DNA of 64,000 nt from Owenia fusiformis (lineage: Eukaryota), in contig CAIIXF020000001.1 in NCBI GenBank assembly GCA_903813345.2, positions 15,190,001 through 15,254,000 of the forward strand, in the 5' to 3' direction. Positions 52,034-64,000 of the stretch are shown here, in pieces. Position 1 is the first letter of the stretch. Each line of letters starts with the position of its first letter. Position numbers and translations under genes: made by a program. The notes under the pieces are model-generated. The model made no database searches, was not told where the DNA came from, and worked only from the letters and a program-made list of their open reading frames with translations.

Positions 52034-53210
52034 TGGCGTGGCGTTTGGTTTTCGTCGTTATGGCGCGAGCATCACGTCCAAACGTCATGATTATCTCACT
52101 TGTAATTCGCGCGCTCAACGGCAGCTATGCCATAATACTATCGCTTATCGTTTGATGCACGATCGTTCTCTTTTAGTTGTCCTTTTGAATTTCTGCGTAT
52201 GTGTAAGCTTCGCTTGCTTTTCTGGTTACGTTTGATATGTACAGAATGGACACATTTTAGCAAAAAGATATATTTTGTGACATATTTCGAAATTGTGGTC
52301 TTTTGGACAACTGAGCTACTTTGATACTGTTCCAGACTTCCAGGTGTCAAGTATTGAAAAACCGGGTAGGCGGGCAGATTTTCAAAATAAAGGATCTCGG
52401 ATGATCTAACAATGTATGTCTTGTTTCCAGATCTTTGAATGAGTGCGGCACTCGATTTACCTACATACTTTTCATTTTGCATTTGTTAATTTCATAATAA
52501 CCCGCCTATTCTTTAAAGTACCACAATGCCTAATAGAAAAGTTGTCAAAGTGATATGGTAAACTACACATATCATTGCCAATTGTTGCCCACCTCGAATG
52601 AAATATATGCACTGATACATGTATGTCTTCTTTGGGCAGCTAGTTCCCACCATTGTAACAGTACGTATATGCATTGGTAAAAAAATGAATAAATGAAAAA
52701 ATCCTGGCAAGAGTATACAAATAAATTTGTATATAAATAAATGTGTATGCTCTTGCCACAAAAACTTTTTAAAAGTAGACTCACCTACTAGGATAGGTGG
52801 TTGAGTTCAGAGTTGGTGCAAGACTTTCTACAAGTTTATAGACACTGCTAGTTTACGAGTAATAAACGGTTTAAATTGTCAGTAAAACTGAGGCAAACAG
52901 AGTCTTTACACAGACATTTTTATTATATAAAATATATCATATCACTAAAGTAAGATGGGGAAATAGAATAAGATATAAATCATATAACGTCATCTCAATT
53001 TTCCATCTCTGATCCACTCGTATTCTCAACTTTTGACATAAGTTTCCTCGACCCGCAAGGTCATCCTGGGGGTCACAACAACCAATGATTTATCAACCAA
53101 ATAATTGCGCGTCTCGTCCTCAAGGTGGCGCTGTTGGGGAGGAAATTACATATCATGAAGCATCATAACGAACTGAGTGATTCAATATATGGAAAACCTT
53201 TCAAAAACGC

Positions 53211-53544
53211 CTAGACGCTGGTCCCCACCTGGTTAAACAGACGTAACGTCTTCATAACAAAATGGATAAACTTCCGTTGGAGGAAATTCGTTAGATTTTC
53301 ATTTTCATAATTTTCACCATGGGTTTTCTATTGAATGCCCATGTTTTCACCGTCTTTACAACCAGAGGGGTCATTCTTCAAGCTATCGCAAGCACGTCGC
53401 AAGCCTGCTATGTCGCAAGGGGCCTTTTTAGCGATTACGTCCTATTCATCAATCTCGTGCGACTTCCATCGGTAGAATTTTCTGCGACGTCGCAGTGATT
53501 GCGATATCTTGATCAATAACCCCTCAGGTGGGGGCCAGTGCTAG
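53211..53544. mobile_element. Small MITE with a nested smaller MITE (about 53366-53524)
   Basis: Outer arms ctag.cgctggtccccacctg / caggtgggggccagtgctag. Inner arms aggggtcattcttcaagctatcgcaa / ttgcgatatcttgatcaataacccct. Confidence 0.55.
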
Positions 53545-56023
53545 AGGAGTACTTTCACACAAAGGCTTCTCTTCTATACAATTATGTCATATGCTTTCTT
53601 ATATACATGTGTGAGATTCTAGATTATACAACAGAACTTATGTGATCACAAGTAGTCATCTCATACATATACTTAATTAAATAAACTACGTAAATGGTGT
53701 TACACCAATGTTGTTGTAACCGGCATTGATGGTATTCATGCATATCAGAGAGATTCCGCAACTCACTTATATAGCATGTTTATTATTCCCGTGTAACGTA
53801 TAATGTTTGATTACATCATTATTGCGCAGCTCTATAGGTCCAGGAGTGTGATATTCCTATAGTTGCGAAATCTCTCTATTATTAATTATTTCACTTATGG
53901 TTATGATATCAATAATCATACCATGATACTTAACGGAGAATATGATAACAACTGGGAACATAATTGATATTTAAATAATCTCTCCTCCCATTTTATCATT
54001 ATTTTTGATCCTTTCAAAAACAATTCACTTTTCAAAAATCTTCAAAATTTTCAAAAAAATTTTCAAGGATAATTAGTTTCCTCAAATGGTTTCATTTACT
54101 TTCATTTCTCCATTTATATACCTCTGGTCGAAGGCCATTCACCTTAATATGATCGAGTGATAGGGTCATGACACAATAGGAGGTTACTAGCATCCCCACG
54201 TGCGTCATTTGAAACTGATGATTTTTTTCATTAATTTTGGAATTAATCATTGGACAAATCTGGTATCATATACTTATCCTATTACTAACATGAAACTATG
54301 CAGTGAAATTATCTCAATATTATTCATGATAACAATACTTATCTACTACACGTATCGCATTACACTTCTCGATACTCGTCACACCTTTATATGCTACCTT
54401 TTCTATCGTCCGAATTCGCTTCTTAAAAGAGAGCTTCTTCGGTAGTTTATAACCACTAGCATGAAAATAGAAGGCCGTGATGTTTCCCGATGCGTATTTA
54501 CACGCATTCCAATTATCATTTTAGTATAACAACATGACGATTTAATTATATCGTTGAATGTTGAAGCACGTTTTCCTTTGCAAGAACATCAACGACATAA
54601 TGAGTTATAGTCTACTTGGGAAACAACGATAACATTTAATGAACAAGTTTCAGTATCAAAGCCCTATTATACAGCATACCGATCCCACCAGTTAAAAAGC
54701 TTGGCTCGCATACAAGAACTCCTTTATCAAATCCACCCACAATTCATTGAGTCAATCCTTTAACAAACCATTTTGTAATTTCTCATTACCATCGATTTAA
54801 AAAAAATGTATAAATTCTTTTTTTTTGGAGGGGGGGGGGTTAATACCATCAATATGAACCATGGTCAAGAGCTCATTACTTATAACCAATACTGAACTAA
54901 CATTGGCGTAATTACAATACTTTCAAAGGAATATTTCAATACTATGATGAAATTGGTGCTGTTGAGATCACTAGACTAAACCTGGATAATAAATAGGACA
55001 GACAACATTATATATCACCGATACTGTGCACTACTTTGATACCTTCGCAATTAAGATGGGAAGTGTCGATTTCGATGTTTTTATGAATTTTCATCGAATA
55101 ACTCATAAATGTTCAAATATTGTTCACCGATTGCTCTACCGCTTAAAAGGAAGATTACTGGGATTTTGGTTTCATGACCGTTACCAAATTACACATTTCC
55201 AGTTACCCTACCTTACGTGGTTGAAGATATCATTGAACTGTGGCGCCCACGGACAATATATGAACAAATTATCATACCGATGAGTCTGATTTAGTGAAAA
55301 TATCAAGGCATTACGTCACCTATAAAGTAGTTTAATTCGATGAAAACTAAAAATATTGAAATCAATACTTCCCGTCCGCCATCTCAAAAGCGAAAGTGAC
55401 GGCTGCATACTTCGCTTGAAACTGACCAGTGTTTGATGGGCTCATTCGCCTAGGAAAATGGATCAATGCCACACAAGTAGTAAATACGGCGAAAATTAAC
55501 GTATTTTTACTATTTCCTCTGCAAACATTAGCTAAATCGAAGCAAATGTCCAAATACATTTGTTTCTCGAAAAGGTCGTAACCTTTCAGTCGGAAAACAG
55601 CATCTTAAATTTCCTACAAAAACATTCCTTACTAGTTTTACTTAATAAGAAGGGTATGGTACATGTACATATATGGTAAACAAAATATTGACCTAGTTTA
55701 CACGGATTCGAGGATAAAAAGAACTTACGAGTGGCTGTCCATTTTGTTACGCGAGTGGCCCGTCGTGTAACTTAGTCGGTGAGCATTTTATTTATCACTC
55801 CATTACGATGGAACATTGCACCCTTCGAACGTGCATTTTATGTCATTTTTAAGCTTGAAGAAACGGACGATGCTCAATGTTTTTACAGTCAAAAATCTTT
55901 GCTCATTTCACGTATAACATTCATACGATATAAAGACCAGTCCTTTTTTGACATGAAGTGTATTCGTGTTTAATTATGATCATGAGCACCTTTCATTTAC
56001 TTAAGCTGCCAGCAATGATCTGT

Positions 56024-57346
56024 CTATATAATAACGTAAGCGATCATTGCGAACAAAACATTTCCCATCACAACAAGTCCCTGGACTTCAGCTTTGTGGC
56101 CATGGTTTGATTGTTTGCCCAGATCGCTCACCTCTTCAACTACGCACTTATCTTTCATATCCATGTTACGAGCATAGAAACACTTGCCTTGTCCGGATGT
56201 GCCCGTTGTTGACGAGTGGATTGGTTTTTCAGAAGTTACTAACTCTTCATCGAGATCATCTGCCGGTGTTGCCATTCTATCTTGAGCAATGCGTGTTTCC
56301 GCTCGCTTTTTTCTTTTTTTGCTAGCTTCAATTTGTGATGGTGTTGTTGATTTGGGTGCTGTTTCAGTTTTGTTGCCATCTTCGACAGGAGGTGTGGTTG
56401 ACATCTTGGAATCTACATCGGGCGCTCCAGTGTTTGTCTTGGCCTGATCTGATGTCGTCGTCGTCGGAGTTAAGGTTGTTGATACCATGGATGGGGGTTG
56501 CACAATTCCTCTATGCAAGCTTCTACCCATGCCACGTAGGAAAGATTGTTTATTCGAACCCCCTACAAAGGGCTTTGGGGTCGTCTTCGGACTTGACGTC
56601 GTCGATTTCATATCCATAGGCGAACCGATACTACGTAAATGCTGATGAGGCTGTATTGCTGGCCCGACTTTGCCTGTACGGGGTCCCCCAGAAGCAGAGG
56701 GTTCCTCGATAGATTCAGACTCTTTATTCATCTCAATAATGCTTCCATCTGTAGTGCCCCTGAAACAACCAAGTACGTAGGGAAAGGTTTTGGACAGATA
56801 GTAGCCATATTCCCCATTTGCTTTCATTTTGCCGTTACATTCATCTAGTGAAGACCTATCAGCAATAGGACCATGTATAGGATGACCATCCATTGCTATT
56901 CCAACCAAATCTGTTTCTCGGCTGTCGCTGTAGTCGCAGAACAACGAATGGTGGTTGGCTCCGACATTATCGTATTTGTGATTACACAAGTTTTCATCCG
57001 AAACTAGAGTCGCGATGTCACACCCATCTTCGGTAAATGGCGACATAATCGGCACTCCTTTTATGGTGATACCGATAATACTGGTATGCCTGTCACCTCC
57101 TGACAAACACCCTGGGGAACTCGCAACCGTAGTATCTAGTGGAATCGTCAACGAGATGCTTTTTAAATCGGCCGAAACATCACCTTTGGTAGTTATTGTA
57201 AAGTTCCCGTCGTGTTTCGTCAACGTGATAGTTGGGTGTTTCTCTTCGATCTCTTTTATGTTCTCCTGGCTAAGTCCATAACTTTTCTTCAATGAAAGAG
57301 CCAGAATAAGCATCAAGCATCCAATGGACATAGAGAAGGACATCAT
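56024..57346 (-). CDS. Secreted or GPI-anchored protein with a degenerate YHYH-like domain and Ser/Thr/Pro-rich stalk (440 aa from the ATG at 57346)
   Basis: Acceptor ttccag| opens the exon at 57370. Signal peptide MMSFSMSIGCLMLILALSLKKSYG. IGITIKGVPIMSP, LVGIAMDGHPIHGP, LDECNG and YGYYLSKTFPYVLGCFRG resemble YHYH-family motifs. Hydrophobic C-terminus with no cytoplasmic tail. Confidence 0.8.
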   Translation of the reverse strand: MMSFSMSIGCLMLILALSLKKSYGLSQENIKEIEEKHPTITLTKHDGNFTITTKGDVSADLKSISLTIPLDTTVASSPGCLSGGDRHTSIIGITIKGVPIMSPFTEDGCDIATLVSDENLCNHKYDNVGANHHSLFCDYSDSRETDLVGIAMDGHPIHGPIADRSSLDECNGKMKANGEYGYYLSKTFPYVLGCFRGTTDGSIIEMNKESESIEEPSASGGPRTGKVGPAIQPHQHLRSIGSPMDMKSTTSSPKTTPKPFVGGSNKQSFLRGMGRSLHRGIVQPPSMVSTTLTPTTTTSDQAKTNTGAPDVDSKMSTTPPVEDGNKTETAPKSTTPSQIEASKKRKKRAETRIAQDRMATPADDLDEELVTSEKPIHSSTTGTSGQGKCFYARNMDMKDKCVVEEVSDLGKQSNHGHKAEVQGLVVMGNVLFAMIAYVII

Positions 57347-57385
57347 CGACGTCTTGCTCTCACCGAGAACCTGGAACATAGAATA

Positions 57386-57944
57386 TATAGAGATTATCCT
57401 ATATGAGGTTCAGGAATATCCTGAACCGACTATAGGATGATCTGTTTATCCCACACCATTCTTGGTCATCTGGCTCCAATTGTTCAATTGGACCCCGGAA
57501 TTGGCCATAGTTCAATCGTGGAAATATTTTAGAATATTCATGCCCAGTTTTATTTTCTTGGCTGTGGCCGGATTTTCCTGTTCTTTCGGATATTCCCACA
57601 TTTATTTTCTCGAATTTTTGATCAACCGGATACTGCTTCCCTTCTTTAACATGTTTAAACCATCAAACAGATCGCATATGTCTTTCTCCATGGTCGTTTA
57701 CAATTATTATGCGAACTTTACAAAAAATTAACTAAAATGCGAGCGGTGATTAACATAGCGGGCAGATATAGTAGCGGGACGTAAAGCTATATTTGCCCGC
57801 TGATGAAAGTATACGTTTTTACAAACCTGCTTTGTACCTGTAACACGTACTTGGACGTGTACGGCACTTGGGCAGATATATTATATTTGCCTCGGGATAT
57901 CCCAATATCATGAACCTCATCTAATAGGATAATCTCTCTCTATA
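57386..57944. mobile_element. MITE family D, copy 1
   Basis: TIR agagattatcctat..atgaggttca / tgaacctcat..ataggataatctct. A second, partial copy starts at about 59138. Confidence 0.75.
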
Positions 57945-57954
57945 CATATATACT

Positions 57955-58730
57955 ACAATAAAGTGTGGTCCAAAAATGGGACACTTGTATTTCCGAAAAA
58001 AATAATTATTTTCTTGATGAAAACATGTCATATTATATACCAGTGGATAGGGAATTTACCTATCTTTAATTTGGTATATCATAAGTTTAAAATTATAGTG
58101 TCTGTCAACCAGCGTCCATAATATAAATGACGTCATTTTCGTTTCAAAACGGGTATTTCCGAAACTTGCAAAGAACAAGTTTTATTGTCAACTTTATTTA
58201 CATAACCAGACGTTCAGTATGTCCACCATTTTGATCAATGGTAGCCCTCAATTGTGGCCTAAACTGGCCAACGGCATCATTGATATGCTGTTGAGACAAT
58301 GAATTTCACTTCTCAATAATTCAATTATGTTCTTAAGAGACTGAATAGATGTGAAGGATTCATGGTACACAAATTTTGTTAGTTCTTCCCATACGTGGTA
58401 GTCGCAGACGTTGGGTGATCGAGTGATCTGGGGATGGGAGGCAGTGATTAGCCATATTTTCCTTTAATGGTCTAAAAACAACATAATTGGATAATTATAA
58501 AGTCTGTGACTACCACGTTCTGGGAAAATTAAAGAATTGGTTCACTGTGAACCCCTTACATCTACTCAGTCCTTTATTAAGGATAGACTTGTTGAGAAGT
58601 GGATTTTATTGTCTCAACAGCATATCAATAATGATGCTTTTGACCAGTTAAGGCCAAAATTGAGGGCTATTATTGATCAAAATGGTGGGTATATTGAACG
58701 TCTGCTTGTGTAAATAAAGATGATAGAAAA
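57955..58730. mobile_element. Tc1/mariner relic with an inverted duplication of the transposase 3' end
   Basis: About 58190-58410 and 58500-58720 are inverted homologues encoding CDYHV.G/E.L......LRA.IDQNGG.IER. Confidence 0.75.
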
Positions 58731-59137
58731 GTTAACAGCCTTAGTGTCATTATTACTTATCGAACGGCCTATATCTATCCCGCTCCCGGGAATTTTTCAA
58801 TATAATTCAATATAGTTCTTTTCTTCGTGCAGAGTAATGATGCATTGTGGGAATTCTGCAGACGAAAAATTAAAATAAAACCAGAAAAGTCGAGTGAATT
58901 CTGTAAAGACATGGATAATAGAGTCATAGACACGAAAATGACATTAATTTGAGTGATAAAGAAGGATCTACCAACCTAAGATTCGAAAATCAAATCGATG
59001 CTGAGGATTTTCTATTGATCTCAAGTATAGGCTAAGATTACACGTCCAGATATGTACGGTCGGTTTTGGATATAGGGTATATTCCTCGGGAAATATTTAT
59101 ATCTCCCCTTGGTCCATTCGGTCCCTCGGGGAGATAT

Positions 59138-59520
59138 ATAGATTATCCTATATGAGGTTCAGGATATTGGGATTATCCCGAGGCTAATATAATATATTTG
59201 CCCGAGGGCCGCAGGTCCTGAGGGAAAATATATTATATTGGCCAAGGGATAATCCCAATATCCTGAACCGACTATAGGATAATATGTTTATCCCATACCA
59301 ATCTTGGTCATCTGGTTCACATTGTTCAATCGTGGAAATATTTTAGAATAGTCGTCATGTCCAGTTTTGTTTTCTTGGCCGTGGGCGGATTTTCCTGTTC
59401 TCTCAAATATTCCCACATTTATTTTCTCGAATTTTCTGATTGATTAAGTGGATGCTCCTGAAAATATAAGTTTTTACAAACCGGCTTTATGTACCTGTAA
59501 CACGTCCAAGTATGGGATAA
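59138..59520. mobile_element. MITE family D, copy 2 (retains the internal palindrome)
   Basis: gattatcctatatgaggttcagga..., colinear with 57390-57860 apart from indels. Confidence 0.7.
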
Positions 59521-60199
59521 ATAAATATATCCATCAAGATATACCCTAAGTGTACACAAGACAGCGGGCCAATATAAGTTTTGAAAAGCCCGCGCCCGCT
59601 AATTTTCTGATTGGTCAAGGCGCTGACGTCATAACCAATCAATCGAAGATAAAACTGCGCGAGCAATTTTTCTAAACTCATTTCAATCATTTTCAAACCA
59701 TTTGTTTGTCAATTCTATAAGAAAACGGTACTCTCTGACCAGTCTACATCAGCTTAGGTATGTTATAAATCGTTTATGTCACTATCGTGGCACATATGCC
59801 CTCGGTGCTCAGAGATCAATGTCCCTCCCAAGGTCGGGCCATATATCACTGAGACCTCGGGCATATATGCCACGATAGTGACATAACCTCTAAATATCAC
59901 CCGGTGATCATGGGATCAAATGGGACGGAGGGGGATCAGTCATGTTTTGCTAGAAAATTCAACATATCTGGAAGATTTGTTTTCTTAAGAAAAAGTTTAC
60001 TATTGAATTACTGAATGGATAGGCGAACGGTATGGTGTTAGGTCTTCCGAGATTTTTCTGAACCGATATGCTTCTAAGATATGAGTTCTATTTAAAAAGG
60101 CGCAAGGCCACCAATGAGCAAAATTAGTCAACGTTTTTGCTATAAATCAAGCAACAAGTCTCCACAATCTGTAATAAATACGTGTAAGAGATGTTATCT

Positions 60200-60620
60200 T
60201 CGCTACATCGAAAAAGTTCCAAAAGTGACCGCCAGAAAACAAGATGGCCGTCTAAATATAAATCTAGAATTCTCCATTTTGTGTACGAATTTGAAGAAAT
60301 TCGAAGGAGCTAACTGTTTTCCTAGCTCGCGATGACAGGATTTATCAAAAAGTTCCAAAATGGCCGCCAGTATCCAAGATCTTAGTTCATCATCTTTTGA
60401 ATTTGTTTTCCTCTATCATGTGTAAAAAATATGTGGTTTTCCTGGAATAGTGACAAGATTTATCAAAAAAGTTCCAAAATGGCCGCCAAAATCCAAAATG
60501 GCCGCCAAAAAGTTAATAAACTTTAGAACTTGTTATCCTCTATGATTGTATACTCTAATGAGTACGACTTTTAAGAAAATCCAACGAGTGGTTTTCCTGG
60601 AATCGCGATGACAAATATTC
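60200..60620. repeat. Degenerate tandem units of about 120-135 bp (aaaagttccaaaatggccgcc), probably internal to a TE
   Basis: The motif recurs at about 60211, 60347 and 60467, and ttttcct.g...cgcgatgaca recurs as well. Confidence 0.6.
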
Positions 60621-61531
60621 ATGACGCATCGCAATCAAGATCACGATAACGATCACGCTGCCACCAACATGAAGGCTGGCATATGTGTATATCTTTTTCG
60701 GGCAGAGCATGCTTGATCAAAATTTGTTTAGGGGAATTGATTGTATTTTGCATTGAAAACAATTGCACTGTATGAACAGTGATGGCCTATTATTACAAGT
60801 GCCTGAGTAATGACTCGACAAGATCTGCAAAATTCTAAATGTCGGAGGAAAGGCATGTTTGTTTCTCTTTTCTTTACCACTGTAATATTATTTTACCTAC
60901 AGTATAGATGGTATTCCATAGTACTATGCTGTATAAGAGACTCAAGATTCATTTGGAAAAAGGATTCAATGATTGGCTTAAAGATGCAGTATACCATATT
61001 AGGTTTCTCACCAAGACAACGGTGTACTATTCTTATTGCTCATATAATATCTCACATAGCGTGGATATTTGAGAATAACTTAAATTATTAGTAAATTATT
61101 GCCGAAATATTGAAATAATCAACAGAACAACCAACCTCCAGAATTAAACACAATCGATTCCCGTTGAATCTACCAAACCTACGACACAGTCAGGCCAAAT
61201 TCATTAACACTGGGTTGCATTGTTCAGAGACATATAAATGGCTCTGCATTGTTGTAGTCATCTGTAAGTTTTTTGTGATGATCTCAGCAGGCTAGTTTGA
61301 GTCTAATCAAATATCAAGTACAAAGGGAAGAAAAGTGAATGGCAGCATACGCATGTTGAAGACCAACTGGTCTGGGCTACCCAAGTGTTTTGACTCTTGC
61401 TCAACTATTCTAACAACACAAGTATTCCGAGTTCAATTATTTTGTCAGAGAATTCACAACAGATGGTGCCAACAAAATATGTTGATCCCTTTTTGAAGAT
61501 CAAAACAGATCCCTGTCGCCAATAAGTAGGA

Positions 61532-62264
61532 AAAGGATTGGTATCGATATGGAGAACTGAATTCAACAATGTTTTTTCTCAAAAACCAATCATTGAAAAC
61601 ATTCTGTAAAAACACGGTATTTTATGTAATGTTGACTGATTGACAACAATTTAATGCAAAAATCATTTAGAAATATTTTATATAACATTTTTTGTTTTTT
61701 ATTGCAATTGTTCTTGCTCCTTTCTATCAATTCTTGAGAATGAAATGAAATGTCTTTTCGAACCTTGTTGGAACAAAATAGCATACAACATGTTTTTAGA
61801 CCTCTCACTATAGTTATACAAAGGAATTTTTGGTTGATTTTAAAAAAGTATTCAAAAGATAATTTTTAATAACCATTTATTTCAAATATATACTTTACAT
61901 ACAATAATACAATAATAACGTTTGACTAGGTTACAAGTAACATTATTGTCAAACTGAAAATTTCCTTTGTACAATTACAATATTGAGAGACCTAATCATG
62001 TTGTGTTTATGTCGTTTTGTTCCAATGAGGTTCGGAAAGATGTTTCATTTCACTCTGGAAACATGATACCAAGAACAAAACAAGTGTTTGATGTGTTTTC
62101 TAAAACAATATAGATGAAAGTATATATATATATACTTCAAATTATATTGTTACCATTCAAAAGATGACCATTAAATTGACGATGTGTTAAATTTTTAGAT
62201 TTTTTATGGCTGGTTTAAGAGAAATGTGTGTTTAAAAAGTTCTCCATATCGATACCACTCCTTT
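61532..62264. mobile_element. MITE family B, copy 3 (uninterrupted)
   Basis: aaaggattggtatcgatatggagaac ... gttctccatatcgataccactccttt. Confidence 0.85.
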
Positions 62265-62699
62265 GTATTGTTTTTTAATATCTTGTATTTAGTTGCATCT
62301 AAGTTTAGTTCATGTTTAACCACCGCTAGCGCATTTTTTCTCTCAGAGGGCAGGACAAGAGTTTATGTTGTGTTGTCTCTCGAACTCCACAGTCGAGGTT
62401 AGGTTATCATTGAGCAAATTGTTCCCGTTTCCATTTTTTTACTAATTGAGCCTGGTAATTTGTAGTCGTTGGTTGTTCTATGAACTCGCGTCTGGGGTGA
62501 TTTATATCGTTCAAAAATCCGTTTTACTAAGATGGTACCAAATTGATATGAATCTTGAACATAACGCGCAATTTATGTTCATCCCGTCTATTTTGAAGAT
62601 TACCCCCAATTTAATATTTTAGGTTTTTTCTTTGCTTGCTCCTTGCATAACACCAGAACAAATAACAGCTGCCCTATAATGTAGCTTGTCTAACTGGTC

Positions 62700-63410
62700 T
62701 AGGTCTAGCTGGAGCAGCGTCATAATAATATCACAATAGTCCAGATGAGACAGGATAAAGGAAGAGTAAATTTTTCCAGGTGTTTTTTATGGTGCGAAAG
62801 TTAGTCACCACTAAGTTAGTTACCACATTTGGATATAAATTAAGTCTTCTTGAAGGACCTGGCTGTTTGTTTAGTGATTGATTGGGTCAATCGGACAAAA
62901 AAATGTGATATGTCATCCGCATAGATAAAACATTTTGATTTTAAGTCGTCTATGTCATTTAGGTATAATAAAAAGAAATCGGTCCCCATATTGAGCCTTG
63001 GGGGACTCCAGAGTTGATTTGACCGACTTTAATTGACCTAGACAATTCATCATTGATCCTAATTTTAATTGTTCTGCTCTTTGAGGTAAGATTGAAAAGG
63101 TCAAATAGTGATTTAGCTATACCGTAGGATTTTAGTTTCTGAAGAAGGAGTACATGAGGGACTTTGTCGAAGGCTGATTGAATGTCCAAAAATATTGCTC
63201 TAACATCAAGACCATTTTCAAAATTTTGAAGAATGTAGATTGTTATAGCAGTTAGTTGAGTGTTGTGTTCTTTAAGAAATCTTGATTGCATTTCATAAAT
63301 TAGGTTATTTGATGTCAAATGGGTTATCAGTTTACAATTTACTATTTTTTCGAAAAGTTTAGAACTTGTTTAAAGTAAAGTTACAGGCCGATAGTTTTTT
63401 ATCAGAGATT
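62700..63410 (-). mobile_element. Degenerate LINE (CR1/L2-like) reverse transcriptase fragment
   Basis: NYRPVTLL near 63390, AIFLDIQSAFDKVPH..LL.KL..YGI, SGVPQGS and YADD (ctatgcggatgac, near 62915). Frameshifts and stops are present. Confidence 0.88.
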
Positions 63411-64000
63411 TGTCATGAAATAGTCAGAAATATCAGAAATAGTGATTCTTGATCATTTTGTCCTAGCTATTACATTTGTCCATAAGATTTTGGAGTTATA
63501 CAAATGCCAAGCCCTCGACAATTTGTTTTTATTAAAATACGATCGTTTTGCTAATAGGTGTGTTTTGTGAAAATATCAAGGAAGAATATAAGATGGAAAT
63601 AAAGAGCAGAATAAAATGAAATGGTTAACCAATAGCGCTTCTCTCAAGTCCAGATTCCTCTTTGTCCAATACTCCGATAAGATCCTTTCTAAACTCGATA
63701 TGTTTAATGACAAGATAGAACGATTCGCTAACAAGAACAAGAATCTAATGATATTAAATTAAACTTAAAACAATTAATGATGAAATGAATTACAAATAAA
63801 GCATATTTCTTACCTAAGTCGTCAATTGTTAACAAGAGATGATCAACCTCTTCTTCGATTCCCGTGTGCCTGTGTAATGATCTATTAAAGCCAACACAGT
63901 ATATTAAATATGAAGAAAGCGCAAAGCATCTATATACAAGACACCTGGAGAAATTGAATACCGAGTGTAGATGGCATTCTGTGAAATTAATTTGTCTCTA

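Noticed and set aside
57347-57379. ORF-track start (MFQVLG) of the YHYH-like protein
   Set aside because: That ATG lies upstream of the ttccag acceptor, inside the intron. The signal peptide begins at the ATG at 57346.
63814-63944. Minus-strand exon-like segment (tttctccag|...TAG|gtaaga)
   Set aside because: It could be a 5'-UTR exon of the YHYH-like gene, but only splice motifs support it and it has no coding signal.

Overview
AT-rich eukaryotic (animal) DNA with spliceosomal introns and dense, nested non-autonomous DNA transposons. The neuropeptide motif suggests a lophotrochozoan invertebrate such as an annelid (inference). Five protein-coding genes can be reconstructed by eye. (1) A multi-exon glycine-N-acyltransferase-like GNAT (+, about 7.7-15.2 kb). 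(2) A CCHamide/excitatory-peptide (bombesin-family) receptor-like GPCR with its CDS in one exon (-, 19281-20324). (3) An excitatory peptide (EP/GGNG, the CCHamide orthologue) precursor absent from the ORF track: a 42-nt micro-exon (35365-35406) splices to 37706 to give KCVGKWAIHACGGGN-GKR. (4) An 8-exon, about 1069-aa protein joining a GARIN/FAM71-like N-terminal domain to a split, degenerate RasGEF domain (+, 43339-50208). (5) A secreted, possibly GPI-anchored protein with a degenerate YHYH-like domain (-, 56024-57346). The most notable observation is that the EP ligand gene and an EP/CCHamide-type receptor gene lie head-to-head about 15 kb apart, with no recognisable gene between them. The rest is Tc1/mariner relics (including DD41D), MITEs, Helentron-like elements, a 63-bp minisatellite and a LINE RT fragment. 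All family assignments come from remembered motifs, not database searches.
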